Shown here: positions 13,071 through 27,571 of the stretch, piece by piece
Layout of the letters: each line of letters opens with the position of its first letter
Position numbering within the stretch: position 1 is the first letter of the stretch
DNA from: Perna viridis
Lineage: Eukaryota
Direction of reading: 5' to 3'
Length of the DNA stretch: 64,000 nt
Assembly: GCA_037379345.1 (NCBI GenBank)
Contig: CM074518.1
Location: 27,156,001 to 27,220,000, forward strand
Notes under the pieces: generated by a model
Told to the model about the DNA's origin: nothing
The model's database searches: none
The model's input: only the letters and a program-made list of their open reading frames with translations
Made by a program: the position numbers and the translations under genes

Positions 13071-14328
13071 TCGTCTTTTGGATGTTAATAGTTTTGTTAA
13101 TTTTAAAGTATATCGTGATTTTCCTATGTGAACGTATTATCTTTTCGTCATGTATATACCACGCAACTGTGTTGTGACCGTAAACCATGAATTTTGTTAA
13201 AATTAATAACTGACTTTTTAATGTTTTGAATTTGTTTTGTTCCAAAAAGATTTCTAAGTATAAATCAATTTACCACTGAGTTTAGGAAGAAATAAAATCA
13301 ATTTTTAAGTTAGTTTTAAGTTATAGGAAGTATGACAGGAATGAAAGTAAAGTTCGTTCTGATTGTGTGTAGACTAGTACTATACCTGTAGAATCATTTT
13401 GTTCAATTCAAGAATTTCTATATTTTCTTATATTTGGGGAATTTACGGAAAAAATCGACATGTACACGGGAGTCAATACATTTTAGCAAAGTACAAAAAA
13501 ACGAAGTGCCGCGTAGTGCACTGGTTATTCTATTTCCGCCTTGCTATTTTGTTAACAATCACAGCTTCAGCGTGAATAAAATTGCACTTCACCGTAGTAC
13601 TACCGACTTCCCTATGCGGTTCCGAGTTCTACATATATATATGTAGTCGAGGGCTGATACCGTTGAGGGCTGGTGCCAAGGCGACATAAAAAATATCACG
13701 CAATAACATATTTATCATACATTAAATGCTTTGAATACAAGTTCACGATAATGAACCATTGAGTGAACGAAATATGTAAAAATTATTAAAAATCAAACAA
13801 ACAAAATCTCAAACACAGGAATGGAACTTTCATTGATGGATTTAAGTATCTACTTCGATAATTGTGGTTTTTAGTACTTCTTATATACAAATAATGTATA
13901 TATGGTTGGTATATTTGCATTTATCAACAACTGGGTCGATGCCGCGGCTAATGGATCAAAGGCGTACGAGTGTATTCACCAACCAAGTCATCAGACTTGT
14001 CTAACCCCGAGTTATATCAGATATCATTGGTCATGTTAATAAACAATTGCAGTATAACACATACACAAAACACTGTATGGCACATGGTAAAACTTATCGG
14101 TAATGGATTTGGCTTCTTTTAAAGGTAGTTTTGGATTCGACTACTTATTAATATTTCATATGTGATTGTATTTACAAGCATGGGTGACGAAATCAAAATA
14201 CAGAATGTTTCAACTTTGAATACCAAAACAAAAAGCTGAAAGCAATGTTGCATTGAATTCGATAATCGCAGTGTTTATTTTTAATCCGTAGTACGTTTAT
14301 ATGTTGATGATCAACATCCAATACATAC

Positions 14329-14388
14329 CTGGTAAACCTGATACGTTGGCATAATCTGTGCAAGCATTTGAATTTACAGAATGTGTCT
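14329..14388 (-). pseudogene. Orphan exon 2 of a further family member (gene E): ETHSVNSNACTDYANVSGLP
   Basis: tttgtttag acceptor, G|GTATGT donor, 60 nt phase 1-1, C-x-D-x-AN-x3-LP motif; no own exon 3 found nearby. Confidence 0.65.
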
Positions 14389-15943
14389 CTAAACAAAAAT
14401 TGCCATATTATACTGATTACTGCATCTATTTAATAATATTTCGAATGGATTTGAAGTCAATAAGCTAAAACGTGAGGGAAACATTTTATAAAATGTTTCA
14501 AAGAAAGGTTCACTACAGATACAAACACATCATTAAGGCCAAAAGTCTTTAAACAAGTCCCCTTAAACCAGGAAGCGATTTGGTTTGGTGATAATGTACA
14601 AAAAAGGACAATTTTCCTTTGTTTCATTATATGCATATACCAATGTTTCATTGTTAACTGGATTAAATATAATAAAAAGCTATATTTAAACATTTTACAT
14701 TTGATCCTTTTCTCTTTGATTTTGTTAATCGATTGAAAATATTGTGATTGCTATATAAGCTAAATAACTCAAAAGCCCCATTACATTTGGAAACATTTTG
14801 CTTCCAGATTCTATATTTCAATGAAATTTGAAACCTTGATACTTATAAAATTGTTATTAAAATATTGCGCCGTCTAAATAACATGTAGTTTCAAAACAAT
14901 AATTTCACCTTAAGTCCCTTATAATCATTTGATTGATACATTGTGAAGAACACTCGCACCCACCAGACTCTTCCTTAACTTCGTTTCTAGATGAACTAGT
15001 ATAGTATACGCTTTTTGGCAATATCTACATACTTGATTAAAAAGGAATTCTTAATTTTTACTGGTTTTTCTGATCGGAATTTCGATTTAAAATCATACGT
15101 TTTGTACCTGATTTAAACCTGATTACAACATTTGACACATAAGATTATTAAACTCGAATGACTGTAAACATAAGTGGACAATTTTTACTGCAAAGTTAAT
15201 CTATAAAATAGTTTTGGATACGGTGAAGAAATTTAGTGACATTAAAGTAAATAAAAATGTACACCGCTAGATCATCCTGTTGTTATATATTTCCATGATT
15301 TATCATACATGTGTTGGTATATAAAAATACTACCAGTTATCATAATATGAATCATTATAAAAAACGACCGACAATATGCATTTTATTTCTTTTTTAGAAA
15401 CACTTACAGACCACATACATTCTTAATTAGTAGTACAGTAGATGCAATTTTCAATTATGTTTAAGATGGTACATGAAATCGACAGAAATGTTTGATATCT
15501 CAAAAAATAAAGATCTGTATTCGAAAGCGAAAATATAGAAATGCATGTAACAGTGAACTACCTTTACTTGAGGCTTGGAGCCAAGAGAAAAGGCAAAGCT
15601 GTGTCGAGCATTTTCACCCGATCGATTCGAAGTCTTATATCAATTTTATTTTTGTTTATCAAGCCAGTGTATTGCAACATAATTATGAACAAAATGACGT
15701 GACTTTTATCGAAGTAGATAGCATCCTGACAATTTAAAAACAAAATAATGTTTGTGATGCCACAAGAGAAAGTTACCATCAATCAGTGACCGTATACCTC
15801 TTGTAAATTTACGGTCAATGAATTTCGACTACTCAAATAGAGCGGTTGCAATATAAAGTAACTTATGCGAGAACATATTACCAATCAATATAGACAAATT
15901 ATTAGCTCAATGCAATTTGAGTTATTTTTTATTTAGATCTCAC

Positions 15944-16016
15944 CTGATGCCACGGTGAAGATGAAAGCTACCACTGTACACGTTGAAAAGGCGGCTTTAA
16001 CTTTGGTGATAGACAT
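15944..16016 (-). CDS. Candidate signal-peptide exon MSITKVKAAFSTCTVVAFIFTVAS(G)
   Basis: ATG, hydrophobic stretch, phase-1 G|GTGAGA donor; in frame with the exon at 14388 but could belong to another gene. Confidence 0.4.
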
Positions 16017-17965
16017 CTCTCTTCAAATCAAAGCAGTACAGTCAAACCCTGTCATCAAAATTGTCATTCCAATTTCTGATTTACAAGCAAATTGGACATT
16101 TGTGTCGATTTTTGATTGATTATCTACTATGTCATTCATTCGAAGAAACGATACTGAAACTGAATTGCATTATATGATTGCCATTGTTCCTTATTGATCA
16201 AGGTGTGTCTTTCGATGGAAGTTGCGACGGCGCATATTATTAACGACGAGGGGAGATAAATCTCTAAACTTGTCCGTTATGATTGCAAAATATGACTAAA
16301 GATAACTGTTCAGACAGTCAATTCGTTATCAACATACTGTTCATAATGTTTAGTTTTGTCCATTCCTGTTTACTTTACAGACATGCGTGTTAATTAGTTT
16401 TTTTTTAATGATTTGACCATTTTACAAATTTGCTTAATTATTAGGAATTAAACAAACTAAGAAATACCCGAAATCATTTTGCTTTTCCTTACCAGTGCAA
16501 TTCAGTATGCTGTATATACAATCTGTAACCCGGTTAGATGAAAAATATGTCAATGGTAACCATACCTTTCTGAAAACTTCTGTTAAATCATAAAATCCGA
16601 AGTCGGTCAATTGAAACTCCTTTGACGAAAGTCATGGGACGATTAAAGCTCTATCGCTGTGGCAAGCAATGTTTTATCAAATACGCACGTATAATAAGAT
16701 ATTACACAATTTGTAAGTGTCAGGCAAATATATGTTCTATGAATAGTTTTCCGATACCTATTGAATTCCGTTGTTCCTTCTTAATCATGACTACTTTACT
16801 CAAATGCAAATGTTCTCGTCAAGACACAATATAGTGAACAATGAAATACATGTATCTTGCTGTCTACTTGTAAAATCACTTCCTAGTCAAACATGCATTT
16901 TTTTAAGGGAAAAATTAAATCTTTCGATAACTTATAAAATTTACTATTGTAAGCACCTGAGGCCAATGTCAATCTTAATATTGTAACACGAGCGTGCTTT
17001 AGCGGTCCCGTTCGGTTGATAATCCTTTTGATTTACTCTCTCATTTGTCAGGATCATAATGATAAGCAAATACTCAATAACAAGGAAAACAACTTTTTTC
17101 CAGTCCAAAAGTGTCCATAGCACAATATGCGGGATTATCTGTAGGCATTTATTACAAGTACATGAAAACAAAGCATTTGATTATCAGTGTCTGTGGTTGA
17201 GGATAACTGCCTTGAATTATAACGTTCAACCCATATTTCTTATTATAACTTAATTTACATTATCTATATACCTGATATTAACCTTTTAAGGTACACTTTT
17301 AAGGTGCACTTGTTTGGTACGTTCAACATGCAACTCTGTCTATATCACGTTCTCAATATTTGGTAAACGCATTTGGTTTGGCAGCTTCTGAGAGTTATCC
17401 GCGATTTCAATGAGATTGTCTGTATTTATATTGATCGAATGGTTGTCGTTTCCAAGGTAATAAAGAGGTCTTTACAAATTCCTTTGGATTTTGTTCATGT
17501 ACTTCCCGACTTCCTTTATAAAGACTGGTTCCAGCATGACCATTTACCTGATGGTGTGGTCCCAGGATACCTTAAATGTTGCCCTTACCGGCTGGGATAA
17601 TAGACTGATGTGATGTAGTGTCAGAAAGGATGGTTCTAAAGGTATATCAAGGTATATTTAGGGCGGCTCTTGGAACTCAATCTGGTCATTATCCGATTCA
17701 ATAGATGATTTTTCTTCTTGCTTGTTTCCTCTCCTCAATAGGAACTTCATGGTCTCTTTGGTGTTTTGCCCAATCTTTTAACCACTGATAATGTGATTTT
17801 TTTCATGTTTTGGGCTTTTGTTGCCTAGTCAGTAAGTTGTCTGGCTTTGACAGCTATTGGACTGCACTTTGGTGTCACTCTGGTGACTATTCGGCGGAAG
17901 TCCTCTGGGTAAATTGAAAACCAGTAAGCATTTGATGCAGTTGAAAATTTTGGATCTTGCTGCTT

Positions 17966-18655
17966 TTCTATGCTCACAGCTGTCAAAGAGGGTCTGCAGT
18001 TCTGCCACAACACTTGTTACTCCCGTAGTGGTAGTAATTCAATGTGGATCCTGAGAATCAGTTCAAGATTATTATCCGAATGTAATAGCATTAAAACCTA
18101 TGATTTTTCAACACTGTATACCTCTATTCCCCATACTCAGTTAAAAACCTTATACATGTTTTTCTCATACTTTTTAAAAAACAATTCCAAATCATCTCCC
18201 AAATATACATAGGAAGATGTTTACAAAATGCTGGAATTTTTAATCGACAACATATTTGTCCAGTGTGGTGGACGTGTTTTTCAACAAACGGCCGGCATTC
18301 CAATGGGAATAAATTGTGCTCCTTTACTTGCTGACCTATTCCTTCACTCTTATGAGTCTTACTTTATAGCCGATCTGATCCGAAAGAAATAATATCGTAG
18401 TTGCTCATTTACTTTTGTTACTTTGTATGTATGATTTAGTTACTTTATGTTCTTTGTTGTGTATGTCTGTTTCCCATGTCTGGTCTTTGTCCCTAGAATA
18501 CATTCCCTTGATTACAGCTATAACCTTGGTTCCCTTGACTACTCTTTTACTTACTTTATGTTATTTGTTGTGTATATCTGTTTTCCATGTCTGGTCTTTG
18601 TCCCTGGATTACATTCTTTTGATTACCGCTATAACCTTGGTTCCGTTGATTGCTC
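17966..18655 (+). mobile_element. Penelope-like element with a large internal deletion (junction ~18398) and a partially duplicated 3' tail
   Basis: YDFSTLYTSIPH, GIPMGINCAPLLADLF, then a jump to agttgctcatt; tail repeated at ~18430-18545 and ~18548-18655. Confidence 0.9.
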
Positions 18656-18659
18656 TTTC

Positions 18660-20100
18660 CTATTTGTAGCCTTCTAGGTGGAATTCGGATTGGCGCTGCA
18701 TTTCTTTTATCAATTATGTGTATTACTTTATTCGTTCTTCCAATATCTTAAGGTGATTTGGGGAAAGTGTTCAGTTATTTCACAAGAATATGCTCCCAAA
18801 ATTTGCTTTTCTTGAGGGTCAAGATAAATGCTACTTCCAGTGTATATATCATCTGAGTGTTCTGTAAGTCAGTGTCAGTCGTAGGAGTAAGCTGTAAAGT
18901 AGTGTGTACAGCAGCACATTACTCTACTGGTAGTTTCTGTTCTGTAACTGTAGGTTCACAGCTTCCAAGTACAGTAATTGGATGCAAGGTGATGTCAGCA
19001 TTGCTATAGCTAAGCATTTATGTAAAGTATATGTATAGTTCCATGTGTTTTTAGATCTATGCCATTCACTCTCTGGAGCCTATCTTCTCCACTCCCATGT
19101 TTGTTTTAATGCAATTGAAATCGGGAAGCTACTTGTATATGTATTGACATTCTGGTCGGGACTGTTTGTGTGTTCTGCAATTTGATTTGGTTTGATACCC
19201 AAGTGTATCTCATACATACATACATACAGGAAGATAAAAGTCAGTAGAGCCTCTATCAATGATGAAATCAACTGATATGTCATTAATAAAGCCACTAGTA
19301 TACTAACCGTTGTCCCATTTATTAAAGGGGTTGTCAATTTGACATATTCTCTCAACTATTTTCCTTAGGCATGTTTGATTCCGTCATGCCTAGCCCGATG
19401 AGCAGACAGACGGTTTCCCTTCTCCCAATAACCTTGGTTAAGAACGGTAACTTCCTTTGTTATTTCTTTGAGGCTTATAAACGTAGGCACTTCCTTGTGC
19501 TCTGATCGGCTCAAGTTGTCTTCCATTCATAGGACAGTTCCTGTAAATTTGGTTCGGGGAATTATATGTAAAGCAGTTTCCTTTGCTGGTCTGAGAACAT
19601 ATCTCAAGCTTCTCAATCTTGTTAAGCAGGTGCTGTATAAGAGAATCACTGAATGGGTTGTTAGGCAATCTTGTTATGTTACTGTTTGCGTCAATTAAAG
19701 TTTTGACTGCACATATAACTTGTCTCACATTCATTTTCATCCTATCACCTGACTCTTCTAAAGAGCCACATTCCGTTCGATGAGATCAACAGCTTCTGAT
19801 GCGTTTCTACACTCTTTGTCAATGCATCTACACTTGATCTCAAGTAAAATGTTCTTGTATAGTTGATTAAGAGCCAAAACATCTTCTACTCTTGTGTCAA
19901 AGTTACTGTAGGCTATATGTTTCTTGTCTCAAATATGGGTAGCCTTTTATTCTAAAGCTGGGTATTACCGAATATCTGTTACATATTTCTGACTAGTAAC
20001 GAACAGCATCTTTGTGCAGCAGCAGTTAGGCTTATAAAATAAGTCCTTGCAGGGCCTCTCAGACTAGCAGCGAGAAGTAAAACTTTCTCTGTTTCGGACA
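18660..20100 (-). mobile_element. Decayed Ty3/Gypsy LTR retrotransposon remnant (gag zinc knuckle, protease region, pre-RT)
   Basis: CFTYNSPNQIYRNCP (degenerate CX2CX4HX4C) and DIGRTNKVIHIID..NAAPIRIPPRRL (typical Gypsy pre-RT motif); truncated by the Penelope copy at 18655. Confidence 0.72.
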
Positions 20101-21894
20101 ACCTACGTAGTTTTCTAGTTTAAAATTTTCTTGAATTTGTACATGATATGATACTAACTGTAGTACAACTTCTGTCGATTTTGAAGGAAAATTAACAGTG
20201 CAGCAGATTTTAAACAATAAAGACAAAAAATTGATATTTTCAGAACTCTAGAACATTGACTAATCTGAAGCATGTCTGGTATTTTAGGATAATGTTTACG
20301 AATTATTTAAATGAACAACAACTGAATATTCAGTCAACTTCACTTCAATATTATTGATATATTAAACTAAACATGACACTTTTCTCCTTCTATGAATGAA
20401 AGAAACTAGTAACAAACAATTTGCATCTATTTGCCTCTTTATAAACCTCTAATTTGCAAGACATTCATAATTAAATTCTCGCACAAAACTGATATCATAT
20501 GAAATTTGTATGTAATTCTAAAAATAAGAGTTTCAGAAAAGTTCACATGCATTTTTTAAATGATTAAGTGATATTGAGGTAAGGCAATGAAATTATATCT
20601 TTCTCAATCAAATAAACGGCATAAATCATATAAATATTCAATAAGGTTTAGGCCACCAAATATCAAATTATGATTACCTATATTGAAGAAAGAGCAACTT
20701 ATGTTGCAAAATAATGTCCCAAAAAAAATCATTTTCTGCATGAAGGGACATAATTGTGAAATGCTGGATTGAGTCGTTTACTCAATACAGCTACAAAATG
20801 AAAACAGAAATATTTAATAATATGATGAATAACAGGGAAAAAGTTTTATCAACTCAAACTTTAAGGAGTTAAAGAACTAGCAAGGTTATTGGTGTGCATT
20901 ACTGTCTCGGATATGCAAAGACAAGACTAAAGTAAAAGGAAAAGGCAACCTTTTGTATAACCCTAAATTAATAGGTCATTTGTTTTCTTTTTGGTTAGTT
21001 TTTTGTATTTTTTCTTTCCCTAAACAATACAAAAACAATAATGAGAAAAAAATAAATAAAAACAATGTCTTGCTCTTTATCTTACTACAATATCATATCA
21101 TATCATGTATATAGCGAGAATATATACGATGTCTATGTTAAACAGACAAAACCCCACAGGGATGGGAACGTCAGCCAAAGACCAATCATGGAGTAACAAC
21201 TTTTGGCAGGAGCAAAATTGCGACGGGGTGAAAGTACTTAAGTGGATCACAAACCTGTCCCTTTAGAATCTGACCATTGTAGATACATATAACTTTAGTA
21301 AACACAAATTAATCCAGACCAGTGCAAACATTCAAACGTTATGTCCCCATTGTATATAAAATAAATTCAAGTTCTACCAAGACATGGTTCATGGTACATG
21401 ATAATATCATGGACGGAGCGTCAATCATCCTATTTATATAGTGTGTAAGACCAGAACTATGAAAGGCAAAATATTCTGAAGGAAGTCGAAATCACTCGAC
21501 GTTGCGCAAGTGCGGAAGCACTGTTTTGTATTTTAATACGTCGATAAATACGCTTTCATAATTAGTATTTATTTAGTGTGTGAAGAAATTTAGTAAGGCA
21601 GTCTCACACATGTTCACATTCTCCTCGGCGAATGAGATTTCGTTCGTAGCAACATGTGGTGGATGGAAGTAAAGACTAGAAAAGACCAGCGAGGTAGGGA
21701 AAATTGCACGTTTAAATGTCTTTTTTTTGTCTTTATTTCTTTCCACCCTATAGCTCGCAACATGGTGGTTCGCCGTAAACAAAGCATGAGATCCGTCCAT
21801 CGTAGGCATATCCTTAAGTCATATTAGGGTTCACAAAGGAAAATGAAAATTCTTTTTCATATAACCTAGCTGGTGTCCGGCCAGTTTTGCTAAG

Positions 21895-22465
21895 AGAACT
21901 GTACCAACAGTGTGCATTCTAGAAGCCAAGTTGTTAAACATCCTACGCGAAACAAAAAGTCGATGTAGTTATGGCGAACTCTGGCGAAACGTACAAGTTG
22001 TGATATGAACATCCAATCGCAGGTACCGAAGTGATGTTGCCACAGATAAAAGGAAAGTTGACAATACGGAATGAAAAGTCATTGCGTTTGTCGTATAATT
22101 TGGTCAATAGTTTCCCTTAAAAATCGATCTCTAAGTGTATGTCAAGATATGAGATTGACCACAGTGTTTGTAGTATCCTACATCTTCAGTTCTTTAGGGT
22201 AGATGCGATATATCAAATCCTCGAAACTAGGATTGTTTAAAGATAACACTTCATCTACATATCGGAAACTGAGATTAAAGGATCTAGCTAAACGATGTAC
22301 CAACCATAAAGTCACATTCAAAAGAGTGAAGGAATAGGTAAGCGAGTTGGAGAGCACAATTGGTTCCCATTGGAATGCCGACTGTTTGTTGGAAAACACA
22401 TCCAACTCTCTGAAAGTTGTCAATACAAAATCCCACTATTTTAAAAATATTTTCTCCGGTATATA
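21895..22465 (-). mobile_element. Penelope-like RT fragment
   Basis: QTVGIPMGTNC, SFRYVDEVLSLNNP. Confidence 0.85.
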
Positions 22466-23067
22466 TTAAAGTTACGAGTATCATCAACCTGTACATCTCA
22501 AAAATAAAAGTACAACATTAATTGTTCGCCTATTCTAATGATATCATCTTTTTTTTACGTATGCTTTGCAAACACTTGTCTTTTTAATGAATGAAACTCT
22601 GCTCATTGAAAATTGATTGATATTAAAGTAGTTTGAAATCAGAAAGATAAATAAATAGTTTTAATCTCGAATAGAACATTATTGTATGTTTATAGTAAAA
22701 AAAGAGCGTATTTGAACATGAACATGGTTGTAATATACATAATGTTGGGCGGATTATACAATTTAGAAATGCTAACTACTAGATATATGCACTAGCTTAT
22801 TAATACTTAGCTCGAAGTGACACAATGCATTTGTGTATTTCTCTCGACCAATTTTGATTTGTTTTAAGTATGTTTTGAGGTTAGTTATAATTCAAATAAC
22901 GGAACATAGCCACTACTGACATATTGGAAAGTAAATAAGTAATAAAAATCAGTTTTTTTTTCACAATATGAAGACAACAATTACATGTTCTTAACTACAG
23001 TGCGTTAATTGTATGGTCTGCCATAATTACTTAAAATTCAGATATTTTTATTCATGTACGATATTAT

Positions 23068-26000
23068 ATTATTGCCAAATGAAAATATAGCATATGTAGA
23101 CCACAAAAGCATTATCTGATCCATGGGTTTTTTTTCTACACCATGAATCACCTTACCATAGACAGTGTCTGAATTTTATATTAACTGATACTTAAAACTG
23201 ATGTATCCAACACATCAGTTCTATTCAGATGCTCAGTTTTATCGTTTTGGTGCAACAGTTATTATGTTGTTGTGAAATAGAAAATATAGCACAGATGGGT
23301 TAGATCAGTGTTGTTATTATAAATGCCAACATTATGCGATTTACAATGTTGATACGTTCTGAATGAGCATTTTTTCTTAATACTGAGATCTGTTTTCTAG
23401 GGGCAAGGGTAATATTTTTATTTTGAAGGAGAATTAGCTTTTCAAAGCTTCTTGATGTAACCGAATTGAATTATATTTCGGATGGTACGTTCGCCTGACC
23501 GTCTACTCCTAGTTCCAAAATCTGCAACTCCCCTAGAATAATAGAATTTGAGACACTTTCATCGTGCATATAACGTAAAGGGTCGAATTTTATAGGACTT
23601 TAAATGGGAAACTCTAAAATCCCATTTTAATCGATTCCCCATTAAATCTAGTGCTTTCACATGGGAAAATATGTCAATTTAAGCCATTTTGCCATTTGGT
23701 AAGGATACATATGTTGCATATGACCGTAAGTGTTACCGCAACTGCTGTGGTACTATCTAAAAGCTTAGACATTGGGCTACGTGATGAATTCTATATATTT
23801 AAATTTACTTTAACTCGGACAATCCCCCCCAAAAAATAATAATAGAAATTGCTTTTTGTCACACCGCTCCCCTAACAAACAAGAAACAAAAACAAACAAA
23901 AACAAAAAAAAAAAACAAAAAAACAAAAAAAGCAAAAATGCTTCAGTTTATTATGCGAAAAACGTATTCGTAAATGGTAGGCCCAATGGTACCTGAAAAT
24001 GATAATTGAGTTGATGAGTGAGAGGGTGTTCGGGGATGATCTCAGCCCACATACTAATCATTTTGAATGTTGTGGAAACGTTTCCCTATATTCGAGATTG
24101 CGATTATTTGCCGATATTCGATTTTTGAGTAATAATGTATGTCATACATCTTTAAAGTGAGAGAAAATAATTGGTTTTTTTTCTCTTATAGCAATTCAGT
24201 CTCAGTAATACATATTTCATTTTTGTTACGCGTACTTTCCTTGTTATCAGTTCGGTCTTTTTGTTATGACTCTTCACTGTATCATCCTTTTTTAAAGTAT
24301 TCATTTGGCTATAGTATTTGCGGTATTTTAGTAATTCTTAATTTTGATTAATTAAATGCTCCATGAAAAATAAATAATTCGTACCTTGATCTTATAATTA
24401 GATGAAGTTGAAACAATTACAAGAAGTATAAAGCCACCAATCCCACGACCAATAGCATATTTTATCGAATCTGAAGTTCAAAAAAATGTTATACAATATA
24501 TAATGATGGAACATCGAAACATGGCTATGAAATGTAGTTGAGTTCCTTTAATTGAATTTAATCTGCCATTAGTAATCATTTTACTTTGATATATTTCTTG
24601 TCCATGCGAGTATACATAAAAAGCAAATTTCAGTACTTGCTATATAAGGAATATACTATTACATATTGCTTTTTCATACTGCACTGATAGTACATGTATC
24701 AAAACAAAATAATACCTTGTTTACCATTCCACATTCTGTTTATATTTTCTGATGTTGTCTCCCTACGTTCGGTTTGGTTACAGGTAAGTTGTAACTAGTT
24801 AGCGTTGTCTTATTAGATGAAAAAAATACAACTATATATTGTATGTGCTTGTGAATTAATAAATCTTGAAAGATAGAATAGTAGACTATTCTTCTACAAA
24901 TAGAATCATAAATCATACAAATATTCAACAGAATTTATCTATCACATTCATGGATAGCCCCGTGCAAGTCCGAGTGTTAAAAGAACAGGCCTACAGCAGC
25001 GCTAAGCTTGTCGTATAAGGCGACTGAATAGTGCTCAGAAACCCAGCCGGGGGCTAGGCGCTCTGCCAACAGAGCAACTGGGATGTGTGTCCCAGGTGGT
25101 GGAATGGGGTACCCCTGGCGTGTTACATGCTGGGGTTGTCAGGCTATAATACGGAAAACCTGACCGCAAACCATAGTGGTGCACCGTGTTGGGAAAGACG
25201 CCACGTTCCTCGCACGTTTAAGAACCCTGCTGTGGTATTCGATAGGAGTAGGAACCTTTGCGCTCCGCCACAGGAGGCTAAATTGCCCGGTCTTACCCAT
25301 CCCCCCTTTTTCCAGTGGCAATAAAAATTTGTCGACCCTATTATCCTTGTAACCCATCCTTTTTTTTTTCATTTCATTTTCATTTTATCATCCATTTCAC
25401 GTTCATTATCTGAATATAGCTGAAATATTGCTGCTTGGACGTTAAACCCCAACAAACAAATACACAGAGTAGTACATTTCTTAACATTGTCTAAACCGCT
25501 TATATTATATATTTGTTGGCTTGTCAACTAATGAACGGAAGAAACGCAAACACAAATACAAAGTTATTTTACATATGCGAAATAAGAATTGGTATTCTTC
25601 GTTAGTCCGAATAAACAATAATAATTACATTTACAAATAATGTCAGCAGAAAATTTATCATAATGACTTGCATCATAATTCACAAAATTTTTCAGTATCT
25701 CAAATTGGAATCGATTAACTGCTTGTCGTAACCACTTAGACATGTTTGTACCACAAAAGACCTTTTACAATTAGGCGTCCGGAACAGGGTTAACTTACTA
25801 CAAGATAGAAGTCAATACTACAGAAGCTTAACATGTCGTCAGCATGTAACTCGTGATTCCTTGCGGTGTATCCATCTGCTCTATGAGAATCGATTAGTTC
25901 ACAGTGACATAAATTTCCATTCATCGTCTAGCCCGGATTTAAATGTGTAATTCTTACCCGGAGGAAGCGGTATCCTTGGATTGTAAGATGTAAGATTTTA

Positions 26001-26859
26001 AAAGTAAAATTTGTCTGAATACCTCGTATATTAAATCATACGTACCATCATAATAGCTATAGATAGGAAGCACTTTGTTTTCCTTTTTTTCAGTTAAGTA
26101 AATTTAAAGATAAGCAAAATAATTTCACTATGAGATATAATTAAGCTTTTGAATGTGTTCATTCCTTGAATCATGACAAAAGCATTCAATTGTATTTGAC
26201 CAAACTTGTTTTATATTTTTGTCTAGTTTATGAAGATATCAGTCATCTGATAATGTCAAGTGATCAGTTTTGTTATCAACTTGTCTCAATGTAGACTATA
26301 CAATGAACACCACTTTGCCATGGTATTTTTTTTCGTATGGTACAAACCTAAAAAGATTTTGAAGCAATATCGTGTATCAGCTGAACTATTTTCTTTGATA
26401 AGTTTAATTTCAATATCTTTTGTTACATCAATAGGCATGGAACCATTGTTTTGGCACCTTTTGGTTTGTTGTTCAGTAGAATTTTGACTAAAGACTACTT
26501 TGCTTCCACAAGTGCTTTTTATAGGAGACGGATAAAGGATATCTGTAAAAGTCATTCTTGACGCTTCAGGGAATAAAGCTTTTGCAACACAAGTACAAAT
26601 CCATCTAACACAATAACAGTCAATCCAGTGATAAATCCTGGTTCTGAGCAGATATTGATGCCTGTTTGGTAATGAGTATTATTAGCCATTTCTTAAAGAT
26701 ATCAATTTTATCAAGGTGAAATAAACAGCTACAAATCATCAAGTCAAATGTTTCTTTTTAATGATTGTTTATGCATATTAAACATCTGCTGGGTTTGCAA
26801 TTTTTAGAAGGGGCACGGAACACCTAATGTGTATAGAGCAATAAAATAATTCTTTATAA
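23068..26859. repeat. Segmental duplication copy 2
   Basis: Same as 781-3648 plus the retained 24268-24770 segment and a SINE-like insertion. Confidence 0.95.
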
Positions 26860-27571
26860 TTTGCCCAACAATATGAAAGTCGATGTTGGTACATGTTTTA
26901 CGAACGATTTTTGTTGGTTTGTTTTTGTTTGTTTTTGTTTTTGTTTTTGTTTTTTTTTTACCCATGCTTTTGTGTTAAGTAGGGTGCACGCCCCATGAGC
27001 TCCAACGTAATACATTCTGTTTAATCTGCAAATTTATGACTAAACTTTTGTCAAAATATTAATAAGTCCATTTCATAAGGTATATTCGAAATATGCATAT
27101 AAAATCTGGAAGAAAACTTGTGTGTAAACATAACACTTACTTGGTAAATTCGTATTGTTAGCTTCATCTTCACACTCTGTATTGCCGACACCGGCTGATA
27201 TATCAACTGAGAATGATGCCCCACTATACAGTCAGAAAATCATTATATCATTGTGTTATTGACTAATAAGATATTTGGGGTTGTTTTGAGCTAAAGAGGT
27301 GTTGACGATATTTTTAGCACCACTCGGTTGAAAGTAATTTCTTGTTTTCTGTTCTATAGTAGAATTATTTTCAATTGTCATCACAGACAATCAACAAAAA
27401 GACAGTTCAACAGTAGTATCATCTGCACCAAATGTAACTCATTAGTATAAATAAGAATTTTCATCAATGGTTCGAATTTTCATAAATGGTTTATATGCAA
27501 CTTACCTGCAAACAAGTTAGTAAAAGAACTAAGACCGTGAGGGTTTTTACATCTGTACTGTTGAAAACCAT
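23070..27571 (-). pseudogene. Gene D: pseudogene. Exons 27571-27506, 27206-27141, 26661-26348, 24808-24716, 24470-24385; tail probably ~23400-23070 (decayed)
   Basis: Signal exon ends out of phase. Exon 3 is 314 nt (frameshift after LDG plus 27-nt deletion). Exon 4 has an in-frame TAG. The TM exon is 86 nt (frameshift). Tail assignment is tentative. Confidence 0.8.
24957..25460 (+). mobile_element. GC-rich SINE-like non-autonomous retroelement
   Basis: Absent from duplicate copy 1; ends in (AAAC)n; tail ATATAGCTGAAATATTGC shared with 51016-51065. Confidence 0.7.

Noticed and set aside
13930-13997. Minus-strand CTGATGA in a GC-rich patch, possible decayed ribozyme
   Set aside because: No correctly placed GAAA or helices.
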